Below, piece after piece: positions 1 to 11,731 of a stretch of DNA of 64,000 nt; position 1 is the first letter of the stretch; each line of letters begins with the position of its first letter. Source of the stretch: Podarcis cretensis (Eukaryota). Where the stretch lies: assembly GCA_951804945.1 (NCBI GenBank), contig OX638153.1:15562001-15626000 (forward strand). The letters are read 5' to 3'. The notes below the pieces were generated by a model. The model worked only from the letters and a program-made list of their open reading frames with translations, had not been told where the DNA came from and searched no databases. Position numbers and translations under genes: made by a program.

Positions 1-394
1 TTTATGGTGTATGGCAAATCTTTCACTGACCAGTGGAATATGTTCCACTGTCATGGAATATGTTCTCTCTCTGGTCAGTCTTCACACTTGGGTCTCTGGA
101 TAAGCAGATCCTTTGTGCGTCTGTTTCCTACTTTGGGAGCATGTACTTCGAGTAGGAATAAATCTGAAGGATTTCCTGTATAGAAAAAGTAATTTTTACA
201 AGCTATTGTGTAATAGTCTACTTACATTCATGTGATGAAAGTATTTTAACAATTACTATTTGCACCAGAGACTTCCGTAATTTCTTGGCTTTATTTTGTT
301 GTTGTTTTCTTCTAAATAAAGGCGGTAATTAAAAAATAATAATTCTGTGCAGTCCCCATGTCATGATTAGGAATTATGCTCTTCAGAAATTCTC

Positions 395-601
395 TCTTTT
401 TTTAAAAAAAAAAAATATTTATTAAAGTTTCCAAGTTAATACAAAAACAAAAATACACAAAAAATAACAAAAATACAAAATTAAAAAACACAAAAAACCC
501 ATACAATTTCCATTACTTATTTCCATTAACTTGTTTCCCGGACCTCCTCTCACCTCCCCCTTATGTATTCCAGTTCAAATTCTTAACTCAGCAAATCCTT
601 A
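395..601 (-). mobile_element. 5'-truncated LINE (L1-like) 3' end
   Basis: About 20-bp TSD tatgctcttc(a/g)gaaattctc at 375-394 and 602-621; T/A-rich tail with TTTATT. Confidence 0.6.
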
Positions 602-625
602 TATGCTCTTCGGAAATTCTCAGTA

Positions 626-859
626 CAGTCATACCTCAGAAGTCGAACGGAAACCGTTCTGGAAGTCCGTTCGACTTCCATAACGTTCAGAAACCAAGGT
701 GTGGCTTCAGTTGGCTGCAGGAAGCTCCTGTAGCCAATCAGAAGCTGCATCAGATGTTCGGGTTCCAAAGAACATTCGCAAACACTCACTTTTGGGTTTG
801 GGGCATTTGGGGACCAAAACGTTCGACTCACAAGGCGTTCATCAACCAAGGTACGACTG
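626..859. mobile_element. Tc1/mariner-type MITE
   Basis: TA-flanked TIRs CAGTCATACCT...AGGTACGACTG; second copy at 11492. Confidence 0.8.
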
Positions 860-1059
860 TACCTCAGAGTGTTCTTGAGTGGTGTAAATCCATCTTTCAG
901 TTGGAGACTTCTTGTGAAACTCCCCAAACTGGGACCCATTTCAGATGAGAGATGCTTAACTTTCAGATTACCTACACTGCAAAATAAATCCCAGTGCATT
1001 TACTTTCTGTTCCTGTGCATCATTACTGCCATCATATTAGGGTGTTTTTGCATTGGCAG

Positions 1060-1168
1060 GTAGTATCTGCCGCTCGCATCCTTCTAAGGAATCCTGGAAA
1101 TCAAGCTGCTTATGAGCACTTTGAGACCATGAAGAACCAGTGGATTGATAACGTGGAAAAAATGACAG
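1060..1168 (+). CDS. VCL: Vinculin exon (human exon 15 equivalent), [36 protein letters not shown]
   Basis: Vinculin peptide; cag| acceptor at 1058-59 and |gtaaaa donor; 109 nt. Confidence 0.97.
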
Positions 1169-1603
1169 GTAAAATGGAGGAGCTTGTGGCCATGGTTTTG
1201 TAGCCCCAAATCACTGATGACGAGCCTGAGATATAATTGGAAGGAAACTAGAATGGGAAGAGCAATTCCTTCATGCAGTTGACTCAAGCATGTGACAGAA
1301 AGGGAAAAGTCACGCCCCCCACCCAAAAAAAGTCACAGTGGACTCAAGGAAAACATTGCGCCATACTTTTGTTTGGAATATGTCTTGCCTGATCATTGGC
1401 ATCCTACAAACACAGCTTTTGGATAAATTATTGTCATGCAACTCTATTTCAATCACTTGTTCATTACGGCAAAATTGCATATAGATTTGGATGTGTTTGC
1501 ACACAGATGCTGTTAAGGGAAGAAATATGACATCCATTTTTACATATTGAACTTCCATCCAAGTTCCCTTGTCCCACTGAGTTCCCTTTCTGTAAATCTA
1601 GCA

Positions 1604-1737
1604 CAGGGTTTCGCAAACTTGGGTCTGCGGCTGTTTTTGGACTACTCCCATAATCCCTAGCTAGCAGGACCCAGTGGTTAGGGATGATGGGAATTGTAGT
1701 CCAAAAACAGCAGGAGACCTAAGTTTGGGAAACATTG
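1604..1737. mobile_element. Hairpin hAT-type MITE (ggactacaa..cccatcatccc family)
   Basis: Long imperfect palindrome; multiple copies in the window. Confidence 0.75.
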
Positions 1738-2015
1738 ATCTGCGTGTTTTCCACTATCCGCAGTACAAAAATGTACTCATCCCCATGTAAATGAAACCCA
1801 TTCCTGTTTGAGGATTTGATAGAATTTGGAGGCCCTCTGGTGGCAAGAGCCAAGTGAGAAGGGTGATAAGAGTTTAAATGCTCATAATCAGGATTGTACC
1901 AAATCAGTACCCTGACAAATTCACCTGGCCAAGGTAGCAGAACTCCATCCTGTATTTAAGGGTGATCTTCCCCTCCAGCGTCATTTCCCCTTGCCGTGTA
2001 CGTGAAGGGAGGTAA

Positions 2016-2348
<333 letters not shown>

Positions 2349-2415
2349 TAGACAGAGATGCTTTCTCCAACTCTTCAAAGTGCCTTGTCACTGAATTTTC
2401 AAAACTAAATACTAA

Positions 2416-2417
<2 letters not shown>

Positions 2418-2460
<43 letters not shown>
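2418..2460 (+). repeat. (CT)n microsatellite serving as polypyrimidine tract of a 134-nt VCL intron
   Basis: Seen directly. Confidence 0.95.
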
Positions 2461-2463
<3 letters not shown>

Positions 2464-2474
2464 GCCTTTCCTAG

Positions 2475-2599
2475 GTTTGCAGAAGAATTTCCTTGATTCC
2501 GGCTACAGGATCCTGGGAGCTGTGGCCAAAGTCCGAGAGGCTTTCCAGCCCCAGGAACCCGACTTCCCCCCTCCGCCTCCTGATCTCGAGCAACTTCAC
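2475..2599 (+). CDS. VCL: Vinculin exon 17 equivalent, [15 protein letters not shown]...[12 protein letters not shown]
   Basis: Contains the FPPPP motif of the proline-rich linker; tag| and |gtaagt; 125 nt. Confidence 0.97.
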
Positions 2600-3148
2600 G
2601 TAAGTGCCGTGTTACGGAGAATTGCTCTGGAAGGACGGAGGTAATCTGCAACCATTTGGTTGAGCCACTTTCAATTATTTAAATGGCTGTGGTTTCCTTG
2701 TGTGGGTGGAATCACTTAATGCTGAAATCTGATTCCAGTCACACAGTGTTCTTGTATAATACACGCTGGCATACACACAAGATTGCGTCCCCAAGTTTTG
2801 TTTCTTTAGCATCTTGAGAGCGGAGTACAATGCCCTCTGTATGAAGGTAATCCAACCGAAAAACACAGAAGTGGCAAGAAAAGAACAGAGTCCTGGGTCC
2901 TTGTATTTTGCTGAGAAAAGCAGCAGTTTAAAGCCAAGTGTGTGCCTTTCAGGCCATCTGTGATTATGTATGAACTTTGAACTTGGAGAAGTGTTGTTGT
3001 GAACACATCCATTAACAGGAAGAACTTAAAGTTGGGTTAGGTGCACATTTTTGAGATTTCAGAAAACACTGTCCATGCCTTTGAAAGCTCTCTTGAAAAC
3101 ATGGGCATTTGAATCCAGGAGTTGAATATATAATATGATAGCATATTA

Positions 3149-3469
3149 GTAAAGGTAAAGGTAAAGGGATCATTAGGTCTAGTCGCGGACGACTCTGGGG
3201 TTGCTGTGCTCATCTCGCTTTACTGGCTGAGGAAGCTGGTGGCCGGCATGACTAAGCTGCTTCTGGCGAACCAGAGCAGCGCACAGAAATGCCGTTTACC
3301 TTCCCACCAGTGCGGTACCTATTTATCTACTTGCACTTGACATGCTTTTGAACTGCTAGGTTGGCAGGACCTGGGACCGAGCAACAGGAGCTCACCCCAT
3401 CACGGGGATTTGAACTGCCGACCTTCTGACTGGCAAGCCCTAGGCTCTGTGGTTTAATCCACAGTGCCA
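3149..3469 (-). mobile_element. Sauria SINE, older subfamily
   Basis: (ACCTTT)n tail and caagtagataaataggtac core on - strand. Confidence 0.85.
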
Positions 3470-3859
3470 TACAACCTCAGTTACCTTCTCTATAGAAGGA
3501 CATCTGAAGTGAGCTATTGTCCCCCACCCTTTCTACAATTTCCTGCTGGTTAGCAGATCAGAATACCAAGTGAGAGGGATGAAGGACGCTTTTGCTAAGA
3601 GTTGCTAACTTAAGAGATCATTTTGTAAAGTCTACCATAATGGATTTTAACATAGATATTACTGGATGATGTAAATCAGGGCTGAGAGCCACATTCATCC
3701 TTGGCCCAACCCTCCAGAAAGTATGTAAATCATATTCTTGGGTAGGTTTCTTAATTTTCATTATTATCAGCTTGGCAAAAGAATGGTGAATTTGAGTTTG
3801 GAAAGTTTGCCCAAAGCACTGAAAATTCCCCATCCTGGGAAGGATCAGAAATCAGGAAG

Positions 3860-4190
3860 ACCAAATTTTTATTAAGGACTGGAATAATTTTATAACATAC
3901 CTTAGAGACCACTGTAAACAGTTGAAATCACTAGCGGGAATACAATAACACTTGTAAAGTAACACAAACTTTGGATACTATGGATTTATACTAGATAGAT
4001 TACAGTAAAAGATTCAGGAACAATTTTTTAGAAATGGAACCCATGGAGGTCAGAAGGTTTGAGATAACCTCTTTTTTTCTTTTCTTGTTGTAATTGTTAT
4101 GTTTGATGTGTATAATTAATAATCACTAGGTAAAACTAATAAATATAAAATAAATAAAGAGACAACTTAGGTGCAAAAGCTGAAAAATAA
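3860..4190 (+). mobile_element. L1-like LINE 3' end fragment
   Basis: FIKDWNNFITYL-like ORF2 end followed by AT-rich UTR with AATAAA. Confidence 0.5.
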
Positions 4191-4287
4191 AAGAAGATTC
4201 CCCATTCTGTGGATTGCTATAGATTTGGCCATTTTGCATTTGTATCTCTGCGTTGGGGTACTGCAACCCATTTCCTTTTTTCCTTAG

Positions 4288-4899
<612 letters not shown>

Positions 4900-6106
4900 G
4901 TATTGATCTTCAGACGTTGGGCTCTTTTTAGAGAGTGAATTGCTGATTACAAATCCTCACCCTTATGTTGACCGCTCTTATCACTGCTGTACAAAGACCT
5001 CGCTTTAAAACCTTCCTCAGGTTGCCCGGAAATTTTATGCCCTGGGTGAGTTGGAATTGGGGGTCAAATCCAACAGATGAGGGAGAAAACCAATCTGTCT
5101 CACCCAAATGAAGTGAGAAACTCCACAAAGGTTTCCAGTGGAACCTCTGGAAGAGCACTGAAAACAAACAAACAAAAGCTTAATAGTGCTGTAGGAGTTA
5201 GGAAAGAGGCAATCTAAAATTGACTTTCTGCTGTTGCATCCAGAGTTGCTTCTCCCCATGAAGCCATGAAAACCTTTGTGTTGTGCTGACTCTGTAGTGC
5301 AGGAATGGGGAAACCTGTGGTCCTTCAAGAGAAGGTGCTGGACTCCAACTCCCATCATCCCTGTCCATTGGCCATGCTGCCTGGGACCGATGGGAGTCGG
5401 GAGACCATCTGCAGGGCTGCACGTTTCCCCATCTTGCTACAAGGCTTTGGAAAGGTGGTGTGTAATCTCCAACAATATCCACAATATTTTGCGCACTCTC
5501 TCTCCTTTTCACATGTCTACCCAGAAGTGGGCTTTTTCAGAAGCAGCTCCAAGGCTATTTTTAAAGCTTTGCAAATTATTGATATAAGCATGGGGCTTTT
5601 CACGTCCCATCATTTCATTAAAACCGTAGAGTTGTTCCCAAGACTCTTATTGTGCACAGATTTCATAACCACACCTTGGCGTATGTAGAACTTTAGCGGT
5701 AGCAAGAAGGGGGAGGGAAACCTCACCGGACTTGAGCCTTTAGCTGAAATGAGCCTTAAGAATTTATGCCAGTATTTGGGACCTTTTGCTTGAGTTGGGG
5801 AATCAAGAAGTGGACCGCCCCAGAGGTCAGTGTAGAAGGGCTATGCAGAATAGCCACGCTTACCTCTGAATGGGGGCTGTAACATGGGTGCCAAACGTCT
5901 TGCCAGGTTTGCCAGATTCGTTTAAGATTGCTGCAACAATGATGCCAACCCTTGCAAATGAGTTTTTTTGGGGTTGGTTTCTTTTTTTTTTTTTAGCATC
6001 TCATCATAAAACAAGTATCATTTTGACCTTGACAGTTTTTATTTTTGGAAGGGATAACAGGAAAGCAAACAGTCCAAAATGAATTTTCCAAGCAAAGCAA
6101 CACTGA

Positions 6107-6107
<1 letters not shown>

Positions 6108-6142
<35 letters not shown>
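6108..6142 (+). repeat. (AC)n microsatellite
   Basis: Seen directly. Confidence 0.95.
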
Positions 6143-6146
<4 letters not shown>

Positions 6147-6184
6147 TGATTTTAGTAGCATGCTTGAGAAAAACAATATTATTT

Positions 6185-6372
6185 AATTTATATTCCACCT
6201 TTTTACCCAAGGTGTCATACGTCGTCTCCTCTTTCCTCATGTAATCCCTACAACCACACTGTGAGGTAGGTTAGGCTGAGAAACCCAAATTCACCCAGCG
6301 AGCTTCGTGGCTGAGTGTGGATTTTGAACCCTAGATCTTAAGTCTGACACTTTCCACTACATCGCACTTGCT
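6185..6372 (-). mobile_element. MIR/CORE-like tRNA SINE remnant
   Basis: caaccacactgtgaggtagg...gaaccc pattern shared with 25078-25309. Confidence 0.6.
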
Positions 6373-9154
6373 TCAGTTTAAAATGTAGTTTTAAAATATC
6401 ATTTAAAACCTGTCCTGGTAGACATTGTAGTTGAGATTTGGTGCCTTCCGAGCTTTTAACTTTAAGGTCACTGGGGTGTGTGGGGGATCAATAAATAAAC
6501 CCAGCTGTTGAGAGAAGCTGATACCTAACTGCTGTATCTTGGTAATTCCATTCAGGAGAACATTATCTGCAGTGCCCTGTCCCAAGGTGGCCGCAATGTG
6601 GGGTTTTTCCCCCCTGCACTTAAATATTGTGGGTTTATGGGTCTCCAAAAGTAGGTGGAGAATAAATGGCTACACTCTGAGCCACTCTTCCAACAGAAGA
6701 GATTGTGTGTAGAAGCCACTGGCTCTGAGGGGAGGTGCAAAAACCGAGCAGATTGCTTTGAGCTGGCTGTCAAAAATAGTTTCAGTTGTGTATTACTTGT
6801 TTATTCTGACTGCGTAGCAAATTAACTTTACCCTCCTTTTCTCTTCATGCTCTGCCAATTTAATTTTTCCTTCTTCCTGGACAATAAATTTCTTGCCTTG
6901 CCCTCTCTCCTGCTTCCCAGCGTTACTTGAACATTTGCTAGGATATACACCCTATTTTTGTTGGCTGTTGTGCTACTCAAACGTGGTGAGACAGAAAGAG
7001 GGGGATATTTATCAGTCTCATGTCCTCTACGAAAGTGCACAGAGTCCCACAGAATCCTTCACTCGGCAACATGGAAAAATAAATTTGAAATAGATCCCCT
7101 AAGATGGGTTGTTAATGCAAACCCCTTTAGTGGCAAGTGTGTGTGGTTTAATTGCCTAATGCCTTGAACCACTTTGGGTTATGGACAGCATGAATGAAAT
7201 AAGGTGCAGTAGAACTTCCTCTTCCCCTCCTCTCCCTGCAAGTCCCCCTAAATATATTCTGGGTTTCCCCCCAACCCTCTGGAGCATATTTTGGAGGCGG
7301 GAGAGGAGAGGGAGGGAAAGTTCCATTCAACAGCCAGAAGAGTGGAATTATTTGGTTGGATACCACCCAATATTTTTTAAACTGACATGTCCTTCATATT
7401 TAGTAAATGCACGTACCTTAACTTTCAGGCACTCCCCCCACAGCTCGCTGTCCCCTGTCCCCCCCATTTTGAGTTATAGGATCAGGATGGAGAAGGGAGG
7501 TGGTCACATTGGGATCAATAATTCCCCAGAAGGCAACAAGTTGCTTTTGTCCATAAGTGCTTGCTATCTCTTAAGCAGATGTTTCAGGTTGCCGGACAAA
7601 AAGACTTCACCACTTGGTCCTCATTAAAAGAAATGGCCCTTACTTAACACACTACATTTAACTTCTGGGTTTACCCAGAAAGCAAAAAGAGATGAAATCC
7701 CACACTGCCACCTTAAACTGCATCTAAATTATTTGGGAGCATATAATTGCATAAACTGAGTAATTGGAGGGGGGGGGAGAGAAGGTTTAATACTGAAAGC
7801 CGCTGTTCTTGAAGAAGGAAGTGTGAACATGCAAAAACAAGGGGAGGGGGGGGGAGGGTTTGTGAAGGACGTGGGGGCTGGGGGGGGCAAACTGAAATAA
7901 AATGTGATAATTGTGTGTGGGTCTGGTTGCACCTGAAAAGGCGGTTTCATCTGCCCCTTTTGTCTTCTCTTTCTGTAATGGATTGGTACCCTGAAGATTG
8001 GCTGCGATAATACCGAGCTGTTCTGTTGTTTTTTTAGAGACATCCTTCCCACAGGATGTGATTCAGGATACTCTGACAAACTATTTGAAAATCCTCATTT
8101 GGATGTTTGTAGAACAACATTGTGGCAAAACAATCTGGCACCATCTCATTAACCTTCTGCTAACAGAAACATTTCCGGCTGGCTTTGTTTGTGTGTGCTG
8201 CTAACATCACTTTCTGTCTGCTAACAATTAACACACTGATCATGTCCTTCTAATGAGCAGCCTCTCCTGTTTCTTCCACAATCCCTTGGCTTTCTGTCCT
8301 GACTTCCTTCCTGCATTGTGTTTTGCTTTCACAATAACCTCCTTTTCCATGGCCTGGACCAAGACGTGGTGGTGCCTGCAGAATCCATATGGCATCTTTG
8401 TCCCAATTCCCCCACCCCCACCCCCACATTCCCGCCACAAAATAATGGACACGGAGCACGATTTGCTTGCAAATTCTCCTGTGCAAACCTTGCTGAAATG
8501 AATCGGAGCTCTTTTCAACAAGGACACACACAAAAGCCCTAGAGCGACTTCCATTCATATCTGTGAGGCTCCGTAGGGTCAGGTCCTCCACTTCCCCACC
8601 CTTAATAGCACCCTAAACTTGCTAGGGGTGCCTGCCTCGATTGTCTTGCGGCAAGGCCTCTCCCATCTCTTGTGGGCACAGAAAGCAGCCCCTGGCGTCT
8701 CTGCTCCCTGGCGGTTTTTCCTCAGCACTCAAGCCTCATCGTTGAAACTTTCCTCTTGCACCCCCCTAAGTAATCTCTTAAGTGTTGCACTTGCTTTTGT
8801 TTCTTGTTTCCTTTCCTGTCTCCGTGGCGCCATTGTCTTGCCAGAAAAGAATGTTGTGGTGAAATAGAAGACACTTTAGAGAGGACCTTGAGTGAAAAAC
8901 GATGATGATTCTTGGTGTGCTTTCTCTAAACTCTTGTTGTTTCTCTCCTTGAAGCCTTTGTAGATTCTCAGGTCAAGTGTTCCCTTGGAATCGCGTCCCT
9001 TCCTCCCTGCCCCTCCTTCCGTTGCCTTCCAGAATAAAGGGATTTACTAAAACCAGCTCAGTTCTTGCTCTTGGACCAGATCCTGCTTCTTTATACTAAC
9101 TGTCCCTGTTTCTTCATATCCCCCCCCGCATCCCCCCCCGCCCAACCTGCGAAG

Positions 9155-9382
9155 CCTGATGTGACTGATGAGGTTAAGGAAGCCCCTGAGGCTGATGTAG
9201 ATGTAGATCAGGAGGAGGAGGAGGAGGAGGAGGAAGCAGATGTTGAATTCACTCTCCCCTCTGACATTGAAGATGATTACGAGCCTGAGCTGCTGTTAAT
9301 GCCAACCAACCAGCCCGTTAACCAGCCCATTCTGGCCGCTGCTCAGTCTCTGCACCGGGAAGCCACCAAGTGGTCTAGTAAG
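9155..9382 (+). CDS. VCL: Metavinculin alternative exon (exon 19 equivalent), 76 aa [76 protein letters not shown]
   Basis: Diagnostic [36 protein letters not shown]; first AG after TACTAAC (9094-9100) is at 9153-54; donor |gtactt; 228 nt, phase 0. Confidence 0.93.
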
Positions 9383-11491
9383 GTACTTCCTCCATTTCCC
9401 CCTGGCGACTGACCCGCGTTGCATCCAGCCATTTTGGAACGTTGACACATTTGCATTCACTCTTGATCCTTGCCGGGTCCCATTTTCGTTTTCTTTCTTT
9501 CTTTTCCTTTTCTGAATTGGAATGAAATTCGAGTTTGTCTGCACTTCATTGTTGAGGATTGAGAGTGGCTTCACATGTTTCTGACAGGCCTGCTGGCGAT
9601 GATGGCCGGGCTCAAAAAGCTTCATTTGGCTCACAACTTCCTTCGTTTTACTCTCCTTCTTAATCAAGGCTTCCTTTCCCTGTTGTTGCTCTCTGCCTTA
9701 CCTGTCTCTTCACGGCAGTGGTTCTTTTTCGAAAGGGAAGAGAAAACAAACAAACCAAACAAACATAAGTACAAACCAGCCGACTACCTGTGAAGCCATG
9801 GTTGACAGTCTCTCAGTGACTTCCAGATTGTGAGGGAGTCGTCGTTGTCATTCCCGAAGTCATTTAACACGCATCATTGTGCTTTTCTGCCTCTTATCAA
9901 TGGCTTCCACTAAAACGTTGGACAGACCAGGAATGGCTTGGTATGGCGGCGTTGCCGAGGAGTTGGACCTGCTGATGTGCACTTGGCTGTAATGTAAAAA
10001 GGCTGGCCCATGGTGAGAGGACTTTGGTCAACAATCTATGCTGAATGTGTTGGTTGCTAAGTTCAGACTTCGTTGGGTTTTCTAAAAAAAGTACAAAACC
10101 CATGATGTTGATGGAGATCCTCGGTCTGTGGCTGGGAGCGATCTTAGTCCTGAGCTTGCTGGCACTAATCGCAAACAAATGTTTTGGGAGCTGTCGGGTC
10201 ACTTTTTCGCTTTTGGGACTAGCATGCTGCAAGGAGTTAAGTGTGTGGCTGTGCAGTTACTAAAATTTAGGTATGTATGTGTGGAAACCCCCCTTTTTTA
10301 AAAAAATAGTCTTTCTTTCATTGTCTTTTCAGTCAGTAATGGTGATCTTTTGGTGCCTGTGCGCAAAATTCACATGGTGTTTGTCCATGTGTAGGTTAAT
10401 GTGGGGCACAATTTAGCACACTTTTCCTCCTTTGCAAATCTCCTTGAAATGAATGAAGAAGCCTCCCATTCATTTTAAGTGAGATGTACATGAGAACATG
10501 TTGATGCATTGTGCTTCATGGGTTAGATCTCTCTCTCCCTTAAATGGTACCCGGAACCTGCCATTGCCACCATCATGGTGCGAAGGCCTCTCTCATTTTA
10601 CACTCTGCTTTGCCTTCTACTCTTCAGAAACCAGCCGAGAAGACGCTTGGCCTTCATTGCTCAAGGGGGCTGGCAGTTCACCCTTAACCGTTACTCATCA
10701 CAGCAGCAAGCACATGTTTAGCACCCTGGCTCATTGCTCCTGCGATGGTGATACGCAATTTGTGTGGTGGAACATGCATGTTTGCACATGCATATTTCAT
10801 TTGTACAAATACACACACCACACACAGTATTTTCAGTGCACTGGTTAAAAACAAATGTGTGAAGAGACTCCTGAACAAGGATATGGCTCTTCAGACTTTT
10901 GCAACTCAGCAGCCTTTTGTAATGTGTACAACATGCTACTTTTTTGCACTGCATAATGGAAATATGTCCATAAGGACCACAAGTCCCCTTCCGCAGCTAT
11001 CACCACACTGTGTGCCTTTTGTTGTTGCTGTTGTTACAAACACTTTTCTCCCGGTAGTCCTAATGCCTAACAGCCACTTTCCTGCATGCAAAAGATTACA
11101 GTCCAGGCACTTTTTCCTAATTTCTCACTGCTGTTGGTCAGTATGTCATGTTAACTAAGCACAAAAACACCTCACAGATTTATTTATTTTTAAATGAATT
11201 GATTACATTGATCTTGAATACTTTTTCAGCTATAGTATTTAATCTAGAGAAATGTTATTTCAAACACCAGTTATTTATATTGTCCCTCAAAAATAAAGAA
11301 CTCCCTCTCAAAACAGTGGCTGTTAAAAAGTTGTGTTACAAGTGGAACTGAATGGCTGCGGTTCAGCCTCAAGTTTGCAAACTCTCCCACTTCCGCTCTG
11401 GTGTGGCCATGAGTAGACAGGAGTTCAGAAACTTTTGATACCACTTTTGATTAACTGTAGCTTGTCAATTTCATTCACCCCCAACAAACTA

Positions 11492-11731
11492 CAGTCATAC
11501 CTTGGTTTTCAAACAGCTTAGTTCTCGAACGTTTTGGCTCCTGAACGCCGCAAACCCGGAAGTGACTGTTCTGGTTTGTGAACTATTTTTGGAAGCCAAA
11601 CATCCGATGGGGCTTCTTGTTGGCTGCAGGAGCTTCCTGTAACCAATCTGAAGCCACGCTTTGGTTTCCGAACCGTTGGAAGCCAAACGGACTTCTGGAA
11701 TGGATTCTGTTCAACTTCCAAGGTAAGACTG
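11492..11731. mobile_element. Tc1/mariner-type MITE, inverted relative to 626-859
   Basis: TIR CAGTCATACCTTGG / CCAAGGTAAGACTG; internal homology to the first copy. Confidence 0.8.
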
